IMG/VR virus record: IMGVR_UViG_3300043411_000506
Location: 1-47,033 of that record
Origin: a virus
Taxonomy: Duplodnaviria > Caudoviricetes
Length of the DNA stretch: 47,033 nucleotides
Reading direction: 5' to 3' (one strand)
Part shown: positions 1-9,043 of the stretch, one piece after another
Numbering within the stretch: position 1 is the stretch's first letter
Layout: each line of letters opens with the position of its first letter
Translations under genes and position numbers: made by a program
The notes under the pieces: model-generated
Databases searched by the model: none
Told to the model about the DNA's origin: nothing
The model's input: the letters and a program-made list of their open reading frames with translations, nothing else

Positions 1-3000
1 TGATCGACCCTGCAGGTGGATAGGTCGGGTCAAAGCCTGGAAGTTCTGCCCAAGCACCACCCACAACACTTGTGTAGGCGTCCAGCGCGGTGCCGTCTGG
101 CGCTGAAAATGGCGCGTTTACGAGAATCGTGCCGCTAGAGCTTTGTCCCTTAAACGTTGTTGCGCCGTAGATTGACAGCGTGTCAGTTGAACTGCCAGCA
201 CCACCAATACCAACAGTACCGAAGGTGGTGTTCACCTGCAGAACAGAGTTTGCGCCAAAGCCGCCAGACCCGTTGTTGTACTGTACCCAGCCTGTCGAGC
301 CACTAGGAGAAACTGTTGAAATGGTAGACCAAGAACCGTCACCACGCAAGTACGTAGTAGAGTCTGCGGTACCGGAGCCGAGACGTGCTGTACCGACGGT
401 ACCGGAAGTCAAGTTGCTCGCGTTGAGGTTTGACAGATCAGCGGCTGGAAGTGTAGACCAAGAACCGTCGCCACGCAGGTACGTCGTCGAGTCTGCTGTA
501 CCGGTGCCAAGACGCGCTGAACCAACTGTTCCACTTGTAAGGTTCGACGCATTCGTGACAGAGGTAGAGAGACTGGACACAGTCGTAGACAAACCATCCA
601 CTGTTGTAGACAAACCATCCACTGTTGTAGACAGGTTGCCGACAGTCGTAGACAGGCCAGTAACGGATGTAGACAAACCATCCACTGTCGTAGACAGATC
701 ACCGACAGTCGTAGACAAAGTCGTCAGTGAACTCTGCGACGCAAAGTCCCCAGCGGTAATGATGTCTTCCACGTATAAGTCAAGACCATCAACGTCGTCG
801 GCTGACGTAAAGCCCCATGTAGGAGCGGTCCCAGCACCATTTGACATGAGCACCTGCTTGGCGGTACCAACTTGACCGCCAATTGACCACGCGCCTGTTG
901 TGCCAATGCTCAAACGGGCGGTACTGCCTGTGCTAAGGGTGATGACGTCAGAAACCACGCTCACATTGGAGTTCGCTTGCCACGAAAGAGCAGCAGCGTT
1001 CCATACAACAGTGTCACCATTCACTGGTGCTTGCCCTTGCCCCGCGTCATCGCCAAAGCCAAATGATGCTCCGCCGTCTTCCGCCATGAAGCGCGTGTTG
1101 TACGCTGCTGGCAACAAGAACGACGCCCACTCGTCGTTCGCGTAGTCATACGCAAGGAACGGAGTTACTGCACCATTTGGAATTGAACCATTAACGTCTG
1201 TCAGCGCGGAGAGAGTAGTAACACCGACTGGCAGAGTAGTTGGAACCCACTTGCTAGTAGCGGCATTGTAAGAGAGATACTGGCCATCAGTTGGTGGCGT
1301 GGCGGTGAACGCGAACTTCGTAAACGCTGATGATGCGATGAAGTTAACGTTCTCGACCGGGAAGTTTGCAGCCGTCCACTTATCTGTGGCGCTAACGTAC
1401 TTCAACAAAGATACTTCACCGCCGATGAGAGCACCAAGTGCATCAACGTCAACGTCAGTCAGTTCGCTCACAATGTGTGCGCCAGAACCAGCGGTAATTT
1501 GACCTTGCAACTCATCAAGCGCGGATTGCAGATTGGTCACGTCAGCAATTGCGTGCGCGTGAACCACTGCAGCGTAATCGCTGTGCGTGTGACCAACTGC
1601 GGACTTACCGTCCAGAGACGTCTGCAAATTGCTGATCGACGAAATTGAATGCGAGTGGTTCGCATACGCACGGTTATCGAGCTCGTTCTGCAGACCGGAG
1701 ACAGCGCTGATGGAGTGCGGGTGCGAAGTATCAGCCTTGGTATCCAGTGCTGTTTGCAGGTTGCTGATCGCCGAGATATCGTGGCCGTGGCCAACATCAG
1801 TCTTGCCGTCAAGCGCCTGAGAAAGTGTCTGCCCAGAACCGGCGTCAAAGGAACCAGTGCGATCAACAGAGGCGTAGATTTCGCTGAATGCATTCAGGTG
1901 AGAACGATTCGCCTTGTTGTTCAGTTCAGTTTGCAGGCCGGAGACTTCAGGTACGGTGTGCGTGTGGCTTGCGGGTGCGTAAACGCCGTCGTGGTTATGA
2001 CTTACCTCCGCGTACTCGGTGTGCGTGTGGCTCGTGCTCGACTTGCCGTCAAGAGCCGTTTGCAGATCGGCCACGTCAGCAATTGCGTGCGTGTGGACTG
2101 TGTCAGCCTTACCGGTGTCGAGTGAATCAACCGCATTTTCCAGCGTGGTAATGGCGTTTGCGTTTGCGTCAAGCTGATTCACTTGAGTCGACGTCATCAG
2201 ACCACGGCTCGATGAGTTCGCGTTTGAAACGTTGATGTTGACAACGCGTTCACCAAGACCGTTGATGGTATCAGAGACTGCAACAGGGGTTGTCCCAGTA
2301 ACCAACAGCGAGTTCACGGCTGCTTGGTAAACTTGCGGGAACGTTTCAGCGTCGATACCAAGCAATACGGTGTTGCGATTCTTAACGAAACCGGCGCGAT
2401 AAGCCATGAGACCAGCTGGGCGTGTCAGTGTCAATTGACCATCATAGTCAACATACAGCGGTTCACCAGCGTGATTAGCGAAGTCCCATTGGTCATGCGT
2501 GATCTCGCCAAACGGCGCCATGTGTCCAACGTCACCTTGCGCCAAGTCTTCCAAGATGATACCAGTTGGTACTCGTGCAGGAATCAGAGCAGGATTTGAA
2601 CTGGCGAGACGAACAGTGTCGTCATCTGAGAAGTACACCAACGACATTGCTGGGATGTTTTCACCAGCTCGAACTGGAACGATGCGGTTTACTGGCTGAA
2701 CCAATACACCAGACGTACCAACGGTCGTTTCAACGCGAACAGCAGTGTCATCTGTCAGGAATTCGCCGTTGGATTGACGGAGTGGTTGCAGCATGCTGTC
2801 GCGCATGATGAAACCCGGATTGCCTGGAACATCCAACGCAACTTGCGTGCCTTGCAGTTGGTGCACGAGCTGGTTGGTGTTGCCGTTCAACACGGTGCCA
2901 GCGAACACGCGAGCCTTGACTTGCCACTTATTGCGAGCGGCGTTCCACACCTTCATGGTCGTGGTCGTCAAATCAAACCAGTGTTGATCGTGCTGCTTGG

Positions 3001-3304
3001 TTGGTTCAAGAGCAGACACGATCAATGGAAGCAGCGTGATACCGTACGTCACCTCAGCGGTAAGCAGGTCGATATCCCAGAACAGGTAGTTGTTGGTGCT
3101 AGGAGTTACCGGACCCCATGCCGCATCTACTGCGCGATCAAAGTGCATCAGGTAATCTGAAGAACCGTGCGCTGCCGTAGCAACTGTTGGGGTAGGCGAA
3201 ATTACGTGTGCCACAAAACCAGACGTCTGGCTTGGGTGAAGGAAGATGGCAGAGCCGTTATCCTTTTGGAAGGAGATGAGGCCTTGGCGGAAATTGGTGC
3301 GCAT
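1..3304 (-). CDS. Large tail fibre / virion protein, 3' end outside window (>1100 aa; missing from ORF track)
   Basis: ATG at 3304 (MRTNFRQGLISFQ...) lies 3 nt after the stop of 3308..3679. The same frame is open wherever checked (about 1800, 540-720, 1-60). It carries HxH repeats, an LSTTV heptad array and two GTARLGxGTADSTTYLRGDGSW blocks. Confidence 0.85.
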   Translation of the reverse strand, partial: MRTNFRQGLISFQKDNGSAIFLHPSQTSGFVAHVISPTPTVATAAHGSSDYLMHFDRAVDAAWGPVTPSTNNYLFWDIDLLTAEVTYGITLLPLIVSALEPTKQHDQHWFDLTTTTMKVWNAARNKWQVKARVFAGTVLNGNTNQLVHQLQGTQVALDVPGNPGFIMRDSMLQPLRQSNGEFLTDDTAVRVETTVGTSGVLVQPVNRIVPVRAGENIPAMSLVYFSDDDTVRLASSNPALIPARVPTGIILEDLAQGDVGHMAPFGEITHDQWDFANHAGEPLYVDYDGQLTLTRPAGLMAYRAGFVKNRNTVLLGIDAETFPQVYQAAVNSLLVTGTTPVAVSDTINGLGERVVNINVSNANSSSRGLMTSTQVNQLDANANAITTLENAVDSLDTGKADTVHTHAIADVADLQTALDGKSSTSHTHTEYAEVSHNHDGVYAPASHTHTVPEVSGLQTELNNKANRSHLNAFSEIYASVDRTGSFDAGSGQTLSQALDGKTDVGHGHDISAISNLQTALDTKADTSHPHSISAVSGLQNELDNRAYANHSHSISSISNLQTSLDGKSAVGHTHSDYAAVVHAHAIADVTNLQSALDELQGQITAGSGAHIVSELTDVDVDALGALIGGEVSLLKYVSATDKWTAANFPVENVNFIASSAFTKFAFTATPPTDGQYLSYNAATSKWVPTTLPVGVTTLSALTDVNGSIPNGAVTPFLAYDYANDEWASFLLPAAYNTRFMAEDGGASFGFGDDAGQGQAPVNGDTVVWNAAALSWQANSNVSVVSDVITLSTGSTARLSIGTTGAWSIGGQVGTAKQVLMSNGAGTAPTWGFTSADDVDGLDLYVEDIITAGDFASQSSLTTLSTTVGDLSTTVDGLSTSVTGLSTTVGNLSTTVDGLSTTVDGLSTTVSSLSTSVTNASNLTSGTVGSARLGTGTADSTTYLRGDGSWSTLPAADLSNLNASNLTSGTVGTARLGSGTADSTTYLRGDGSWSTISTVSPSGSTGWVQYNNGSGGFGANSVLQVNTTFGTVGIGGAGSSTDTLSIYGATTFKGQSSSGTILVNAPFSAPDGTALDAYTSVVGGAWAELPGFDPTYPPAGSI
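551..718 (-). repeat. 8 x 21-bp tandem repeat encoding LST(T/S)Vxx heptads (coiled-coil stalk)
   Basis: Translates to LSTTVGD LSTTVDG LSTSVTG LSTTVGN LSTTVDG LSTTVDG LSTTVSS LSTSVTN; gtagacaaaccatccactgt occurs three times. Confidence 0.9.
1520..2110 (-). repeat. HxH repeats (H-x-H-x-I/V-x-x-V-x-x-LQ-x-x-LD-x-K) in the fibre shaft
   Basis: Repeated HTHAIADV, HTHSISAV, HGHDISAI, HSHSISSI units; cacgtcagcaattgcgtgcg occurs near 1538 and 2072. Boundaries approximate. Confidence 0.75.
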
Positions 3305-3307
3305 TCG

Positions 3308-3679
3308 TTACTCCGTCTTTTCGTCTTGTGCAGTCTTGATCGACTTTTCGTCGTATCCATACTTAGCGGCTACAAACTTGCTGTACGCCTCTACGCCACC
3401 AACATAAGTCAGGTAGATGCCGAGCAGTGCTTCAGTGAGGCCACCAGTGAGTGTAAGTTCCACCATGATCCAAGTAGCTGTCAAACCACCGACTAGCTGC
3501 AGAACCTTGGTGAGAGAAACTGACTTGCCATTCTTTGTGATGATGTCAGTAAAGTCAAGTTTTTCAGAGCGCTGAATGCGCCAAAACAGAAACAAGATGC
3601 CAGCCAGCAACATCAGATATGGCACGGCCATCATGTTGATTTCATGCCCGAAGATGGACACGATCATAGTCGAGGTCAA
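3308..3679 (-). CDS. Small membrane protein, holin candidate
   Basis: 123 aa with 2-3 hydrophobic segments and a charged C-terminal tail; AGGAG before a TTG start; TAAATA at 3704-3709. Confidence 0.5.
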   Translation of the reverse strand: MTSTMIVSIFGHEINMMAVPYLMLLAGILFLFWRIQRSEKLDFTDIITKNGKSVSLTKVLQLVGGLTATWIMVELTLTGGLTEALLGIYLTYVGGVEAYSKFVAAKYGYDEKSIKTAQDEKTE

Positions 3680-3723
3680 TTTGAGCTCCTAGGTGAGATA
3701 GGCTATTTAGGGTCGAATGCATT

Positions 3724-3746
3724 CGTGGGCTCACAAGGAGCCCACG
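3724..3746 (-). terminator. Hairpin, probable terminator after the nrd/acb1 operon
   Basis: cgtgggctc-acaag-gagcccacg, 9-bp stem; no clear U tract. Confidence 0.5.
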
Positions 3747-3772
3747 CTATTTGTCACCTAATGCCTGTATTC

Positions 3773-4195
3773 TCACGCCGACTCGTCTAACGGCTCCGTG
3801 TATTCACGATGGAAGATCAGCCCAAATTCAATTGGCGGTACGCCGTCTGGGTTGAGAGCCGACTTCGCCTGAATTGTCAGGTGCGGGGCGAAAGACTCAT
3901 AGTCATGCGTCCCGCCTTGGCCTATGAGTTGCTCATGCCGCGCTACGAGTGCAGGACAAGAGAGCTTCAGTACCAGACTGTCGCCGAACTTATCGAAACC
4001 AACACCGGATGCAACGAATTCGTCCGGGCATGGAACCACATTGACGATCTTTCTGGAGTACAGGGTGGTCACGTGGAGGTCAGAATCGAGTTCAATGCAA
4101 TTCGAGTCGGCCCAGGCCCTAAGAAGAGCCAAGGTCGACTCTGTCGGGATGACCGCGGCGTACGTACCAGTCGCAATGATTTCTCGAAGCAGCAT
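3773..4195 (-). CDS. acb1: 2H phosphoesterase, T4 gp57B / anti-CBASS Acb1-like
   Basis: Two HxT motifs (LHVTTLYSR, PHLTI), N-terminal GTYAAV and a THDY segment; about 140 aa, the size and motif order of gp57B. Confidence 0.75.
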   Translation of the reverse strand: MLLREIIATGTYAAVIPTESTLALLRAWADSNCIELDSDLHVTTLYSRKIVNVVPCPDEFVASGVGFDKFGDSLVLKLSCPALVARHEQLIGQGGTHDYESFAPHLTIQAKSALNPDGVPPIEFGLIFHREYTEPLDESA

Positions 4196-4440
4196 TACGC
4201 GAGCACCTTACGAAGCTCTGGAAGGCTGCCGATTGCGACGCCTTCCTTCATGATCTGCGGCATCATGCGAGCACCTGGGATTAGAGCCAGAAGATCGTCT
4301 CGACCGATGTATTCTGAGTCAGCAGTCTTTGGTTGGCCAACATCCAAGTGAACGGTTTTGTACTCGAGGCCTTTACTCTCAAGCAAGGCCTTCGCCTGAT
4401 CGCATTGTGGGCAGTTTGGTTTGGTGTAGACGGTGTACAT
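4195..4440 (-). CDS. nrdC: Glutaredoxin (T4 NrdC-like)
   Basis: YTKPNCPQC redox motif, MPQI cis-Pro motif, 81 aa, follows nrdB. Confidence 0.9.
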   Translation of the reverse strand: MYTVYTKPNCPQCDQAKALLESKGLEYKTVHLDVGQPKTADSEYIGRDDLLALIPGARMMPQIMKEGVAIGSLPELRKVLA

Positions 4441-4441
4441 G

Positions 4442-5530
4442 TCAGATCTCTGGGAGTTCGTCGTAGTTGATTTCGGAAGTCATGGCGCCGATCACGTAAG
4501 ACACAGACTCATTCTCTTGCAAAGCGGTCTGGGTCTTGTTCGTGTTCAAGTGCTTATTGAACCATGGCAGTGGGGCGGACTTAATGCCAGCGTCGTACTT
4601 GATGCCAATGTCCTTCAAACGGAATTGCGCGGTCCAGTCAACGTGGGCGCACATGATCTGCTCATTCATACCGAGCACGGTGCCCTTCTTGAAGATGTGC
4701 TTAGCCCAAGCCTTTTCTTCACGAATGATGTCCATCATCATTTCGTAGACTTCAGCGGCACAGTCAATCTTGACTTGCTTAAAGCGCGGGTCGTCCTTGA
4801 CAAGGGTGTTCAGAATGTACGCAGTTGCGTCGGTGTGCAGCAGCTCATCAGCCAGAATCAGACTGATGACATTACCGTTGCCGATGAAGATCTTGTTCTC
4901 CACCATGCCGAGTGACGTGCTGAACGACACCATGAAGCGTACGGCCTCGAGGCCGTACGAAGCGACGAGTGCTAGGTAGATCGCCTTGATGTGATCGTAC
5001 TCGCTGACCTGTTGCCCAAGTTCAACTTTGCAATTCAACGTGTGCAGGTCGTGGTAGTACTTATCGATGCTCGACAACATACTGACAATCTCACTAGTGT
5101 CGTGAATTGCGTTGAACTGCTGAGTTGGCATCTGGTAGATGTTTCGAACGATGTGCGAGTACGACTCGCTGTGGATCTGTTCGAATGCAGACCACCACTG
5201 CACCCAAGCTTCGATTTCAGGCACAGAACATACTGGCGTGAAAATCTGGACGGGGGCACGACCCTGGATAGAGTCCAGAGCTGTTTGGCGCAGCAAGTTC
5301 TGCGTAAAGATGAAACGAGTTGCCTCATCAGCTTTCGTGAAGTCGATCTTGTCCTTCGTCAACGTAACTTCATCAGGCACCCAAATTGCGCCGCGTTGGG
5401 TCTTAGTGAACTTATCGATCTTCGGGTATGCGAAGTCGTCATAACGTTGGATGGTCACGGACCCTGCCGGGTCCAAGAACATCTGGCGCTTGCTGTAGTT
5501 CGTTTGTTTTGAAAAATCGAGCTTGCTCAC
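4442..5530 (-). CDS. nrdB: Ribonucleotide reductase class Ia beta subunit
   Basis: LDSIQ, EQIHSESY, EAVRF and DELLH metal/radical motifs; C-terminal QENESVSY. A GTG start overlapping the nrdA stop (GTGA) is preferred to 5539. Confidence 0.95.
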   Translation of the reverse strand: MSKLDFSKQTNYSKRQMFLDPAGSVTIQRYDDFAYPKIDKFTKTQRGAIWVPDEVTLTKDKIDFTKADEATRFIFTQNLLRQTALDSIQGRAPVQIFTPVCSVPEIEAWVQWWSAFEQIHSESYSHIVRNIYQMPTQQFNAIHDTSEIVSMLSSIDKYYHDLHTLNCKVELGQQVSEYDHIKAIYLALVASYGLEAVRFMVSFSTSLGMVENKIFIGNGNVISLILADELLHTDATAYILNTLVKDDPRFKQVKIDCAAEVYEMMMDIIREEKAWAKHIFKKGTVLGMNEQIMCAHVDWTAQFRLKDIGIKYDAGIKSAPLPWFNKHLNTNKTQTALQENESVSYVIGAMTSEINYDELPEI

Positions 5531-8007
5531 AGTACACAACTTTCACAGTAGTCTTCGCCTTCGGCCTCAGCATTGAGATCCTCAACGATCTTGTCTTCAC
5601 CTTTGGTTTCTTCGGCTTCAGTTTGCTTAACAGCTTCCATTGCGGCTTGCTTCTCCACCAGGTGATAGTAGAAAGACTTGACGCCCCACATAGAAGCCAA
5701 CATCATGTTGCGAATCACGACGTTGATGTCAACCTTACCGTCCTTGAAGTATCGTGGCGAGTAGAACGTGTCAGCAGAAATGCCTTGGTCGGTGTACACT
5801 TGCAACACCGCAACGGTCTTGATGTACTCCAGGCAGTCCTTCTGGTCCCACAGCAGTTGATAGAAGTTCTTGAGCTTCTTGTACTCAGGAACAACTTGAA
5901 CGAAGTCACCAGCCTTGGAGCGCTTCGTCACAATCAACTGCTTCACGAAGTTCACACCGTTCGTCGAGTTCAGCACGACGGACGACGATTCAACTGGGGC
6001 GATCGCAATGGTAGTCGCATTGCGAACACCATATTGGAGCATTTTAGCTCGCAGCGCTTCCCAGTCCAAGTCTTCGCATGGGGTGAAGTCCGTAAGTTCG
6101 TTGACACCTTCAGCGCGCAATTCCCACGGGAAGATGCCTTGGCCGTACCGTGTCTTCGAGGACATTTCACAGGCGCCCTTTTCCTTGGCGAGCTCAACGC
6201 TCATCTCGGTCAGGTAGAACGCTTGGTGTTCCATCCAGCGCTTGACTTCAGCCAGTGCCTCAGCTTCACCGTACTTCATCTTGCGCTTGGCGTGCCAGTA
6301 CGCAAGGTTGGTCACGCCGATACCCAAAGGTTCGAACTCCTTGTTGTGCATTTCAGAGTGCACAGACAGGAAGTCTTGGTACTGCAGCAAGTTGTGCAAG
6401 GCGCGGTGCAGCAAGCGTGCTGGGCGGCGCATTTCTTCAGGGTGGCGGAACACGCCCCAGTTCAACGAACCGAGTGTACAGAGCGCGATACGACCAGTGT
6501 CTTCTTTGAGCTCGAACGTGTAGCTTTCGGGCGTTTGCTCGACGACACGAGGCGACGTCAGGTGACGCGGCAGGTTTGTCAAGTAAGACACTGCATCGGA
6601 GATGGACTTGGTGACTCGGGTGAGTTTGAACTTCCCGATCGCCTCAGTCGGCAGCATGATCTCGGTGCAGAGGTTCGTCTGATAGATTGGGTGAACCAAC
6701 GGATCGAACGGGCCTTGGCGCTGAACGTTATCGATGTTCAGAAGGTAAATGCGACCGGTTTCGGCGCGCTCCACCATCAGCCATTCCTTCATGACCTTCT
6801 CGGCAGATTCAACCTTCTTACGGAGGTCAGCGCGCTTCTCGTATGCAACGTACAGTTCTTCGAACTTCTTGATGTCGCGGTAGAAGGCTTCGTACAGATC
6901 AGGCACTTCGTTCGGATCGAAGAACGTAATCACGCCCTTCTGTTTGAAGCGACGCCAGAAGAACGAGCTCAGCACGACACAGTAGTCCAATTGACGGACT
7001 CGGTTCTCTTCAGTGCCCTTGTTGTTCTTCAGAACGATGAAGTCGTCGAACTGGTAGTGCCAGATTGGAAGGTTGACAGTTGCAGATGCGTTGCGAATAC
7101 CGCCTTGCGAGCAAGAACGCAGGTCACCGAACCACTTCTTCAAGAAAGGCAGGATGCCAGTATGCATCACCTCGCCTTGGCGAATTGGTGCGCCCAGTGG
7201 ACGCATGCGCCCGAACTCTAGGCCAATGCCAGCACGCTTTGCAGCGTAGTTCGCCATGACCTTGCCGGTATCGAAGATCGAATCAAGGTCATCGTCTGAA
7301 CGAAGCAACACGCATGAGCTGAACTGCTTAGTCTTCGTGCCAAGGCCGGCCAGCACTGGCGTAGCCAGCGTGAACATGCCATCTGAGGCAGCGTTGTAGA
7401 AGTCACGTACCCACTTCAGTCGGTCCTTGGTCTCTGCATGGAACGCAGTGGCCGCAGCAACCATGTACCGAATTTGCGGTGTCTCAACCATCAAACCCGT
7501 TGCACGGTTCCGAACAAGGTACTTCTCAATCAACTGCTCAACGGCAGCATAAGGAAGCTCTTCATCCTTGCTATGGTCGATGTGCTTTTCAAGTTGGTCC
7601 CACTCATCTTCGCTGTACCACTCAAGCAGTTCAGGCGAATACAAGGCGAGCTTGACGTTGTTCTTGACGACGTCGAAAAGGCGGGGCGGGTGATATGAAC
7701 CAAAGACGTCCTTGCGCAGCATCGTGATACGCTGCTTGCCGGCGACGTGCTGATAGTTAACGTTACCAACATCAGGATTCAGCTCCTCGTCGATCAAGTT
7801 CACCATCGCCTTCAGCGCGATTTCATCGAGCTCTTTCGTGGTCATCTTGTTTCGGAAGTGCGGGTGCGCCGCAATTTCGATCATGGATGGAGAGACGTCA
7901 GGCACGCCTTCACAAACCTTCGCGATTTGCGCTTGCCACTTTGCAAGATCAAATTTTTCTTCTGTGCCGTCGCGTTTGATGACGACGTCGATATCGTTGG
8001 TGTTCAT
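5527..8007 (-). CDS. nrdA: Ribonucleotide reductase class Ia alpha subunit with ATP cone
   Basis: VIKRDG ATP cone, QFSSC, TNLCTEI, ALCTLG, KSFYY and C-terminal CESC. Confidence 0.97.
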   Translation of the reverse strand: MNTNDIDVVIKRDGTEEKFDLAKWQAQIAKVCEGVPDVSPSMIEIAAHPHFRNKMTTKELDEIALKAMVNLIDEELNPDVGNVNYQHVAGKQRITMLRKDVFGSYHPPRLFDVVKNNVKLALYSPELLEWYSEDEWDQLEKHIDHSKDEELPYAAVEQLIEKYLVRNRATGLMVETPQIRYMVAAATAFHAETKDRLKWVRDFYNAASDGMFTLATPVLAGLGTKTKQFSSCVLLRSDDDLDSIFDTGKVMANYAAKRAGIGLEFGRMRPLGAPIRQGEVMHTGILPFLKKWFGDLRSCSQGGIRNASATVNLPIWHYQFDDFIVLKNNKGTEENRVRQLDYCVVLSSFFWRRFKQKGVITFFDPNEVPDLYEAFYRDIKKFEELYVAYEKRADLRKKVESAEKVMKEWLMVERAETGRIYLLNIDNVQRQGPFDPLVHPIYQTNLCTEIMLPTEAIGKFKLTRVTKSISDAVSYLTNLPRHLTSPRVVEQTPESYTFELKEDTGRIALCTLGSLNWGVFRHPEEMRRPARLLHRALHNLLQYQDFLSVHSEMHNKEFEPLGIGVTNLAYWHAKRKMKYGEAEALAEVKRWMEHQAFYLTEMSVELAKEKGACEMSSKTRYGQGIFPWELRAEGVNELTDFTPCEDLDWEALRAKMLQYGVRNATTIAIAPVESSSVVLNSTNGVNFVKQLIVTKRSKAGDFVQVVPEYKKLKNFYQLLWDQKDCLEYIKTVAVLQVYTDQGISADTFYSPRYFKDGKVDINVVIRNMMLASMWGVKSFYYHLVEKQAAMEAVKQTEAEETKGEDKIVEDLNAEAEGEDYCESCVL

Positions 8008-8306
8008 CCGTTTAATTGTTGTCGTATGGTTGTTGGGGCAGCAACTGCCGGCGCTTCAGAACGAAGAGCCACAGCAGCCTCAGGATTTTGCTGAATGATG
8101 ACCTTGGCGATCAACTCACGACGAAAGTCGCTTTCTTGATCAAGAGTCATCTTTGGCATGCCGCTGGCGAATCGCCTTGCCGTCTCCTGCCCCATCAAAT
8201 ACTCTACGAAGTCCATGTTATACGAGACCGCTTTACTGGTCACCGTAGCGAAAACCCGAGGAGGATCAAAGTCCCTCAATTTCGGTGCAGAGAAGTCGTC
8301 TTCCAT
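8004..8306 (-). CDS. Hypothetical protein coupled to nrdA
   Basis: 100 aa; stop overlaps the nrdA start; CGTTACAAT motif at 8317-8325 upstream. Confidence 0.65.
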   Translation of the reverse strand: MEDDFSAPKLRDFDPPRVFATVTSKAVSYNMDFVEYLMGQETARRFASGMPKMTLDQESDFRRELIAKVIIQQNPEAAVALRSEAPAVAAPTTIRQQLNG

Positions 8307-8372
8307 ACAGAATTACATTGTAACGAGTGGTGGCCCCGAAGCCCACTCTGAGTGGGCTCAGGATTGATTTGA

Positions 8373-8960
8373 TTAGGACAGAGGACCGCGAACGAAGTCT
8401 CGAATCTCATTGATTCGGCGCAACCAGCCAGCAATGAACTTTGCTTGGGATGGGTTCGCAGCGACGATATCGCGGTAGAATTTTTCACGCCGATCGCAGA
8501 GTATACGGCATACGTCGAAATCATTCATGGCCTTCGCCATGCGAGCGGTTCCTGGGCCGACGCTACCGTCGATTGGCTTTGCACCAACGACTTCTTGCAG
8601 GAACTTAGATGCGCGTCCTACACCATGGTTGACGCAACCATCAAAATGCAGAACAGCAACACGTGGAGAGAGGAGATGGCACCCACCAGCAACCCAGTAC
8701 TTGTCGTAATAGCGTTGCTTGGCTTGTGCCCAGGTCAAACCCGTAATGTCTAGATCGGTGTTCGCGTTCTTGGCTACACCGAACTTTGTTTCACCACCCC
8801 TATCGTCAGGATCATTCACGTACCCAACCTTCTTACGTTGTGGTGGTGTTTGGATGAGACCGAGTTGGGTATCTTTATCGTTGGCATTGAACCAACCACC
8901 AACTTCGTACAGCATGGCGTGCAGCACGGCACGCTCAAAAGCGGGTGTAAAGTCTGACAT
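8373..8960 (-). CDS. Endolysin, glycoside hydrolase family 108 with C-terminal PG-binding domain
   Basis: YEVGG...GYVNDPDDRGGETKFG, FDGCVNHG, DGSVGPGT and KFIAGWLRRI. Confidence 0.9.
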   Translation of the reverse strand: MSDFTPAFERAVLHAMLYEVGGWFNANDKDTQLGLIQTPPQRKKVGYVNDPDDRGGETKFGVAKNANTDLDITGLTWAQAKQRYYDKYWVAGGCHLLSPRVAVLHFDGCVNHGVGRASKFLQEVVGAKPIDGSVGPGTARMAKAMNDFDVCRILCDRREKFYRDIVAANPSQAKFIAGWLRRINEIRDFVRGPLS

Positions 8961-8990
8961 ATAGGCTCCTCTTTAGGGAGCCTATTTATA
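8961..8990 (-). promoter_or_regulatory. T4-type late promoter TATAAATA overlapping an RBS-sequestering hairpin
   Basis: The minus strand reads TATAAATAGGCTCCctaaagaGGAGCCTATatg; 9-bp perfect stem between 8961-8969 and 8977-8985. Confidence 0.8.
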
Positions 8991-9043
8991 TGGGCGAAAT
9001 CGGCGCGTAAATACTTGCTCTCAATCTACCATGTAAGGGCCTT

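Noticed and set aside
551-718. CRISPR-like look of the 21-bp repeats
   Set aside because: There are no unique spacers, the period is a multiple of 3, and the array encodes in-frame heptads.
180-3496. Plus-strand ORFs over the left fibre gene, and similar ones over nrdA (5428..7221), uvsW, gp32, 27310..28338 and the sheath
   Set aside because: These are antisense shadows of well-supported minus-strand genes, with no recognisable motifs.
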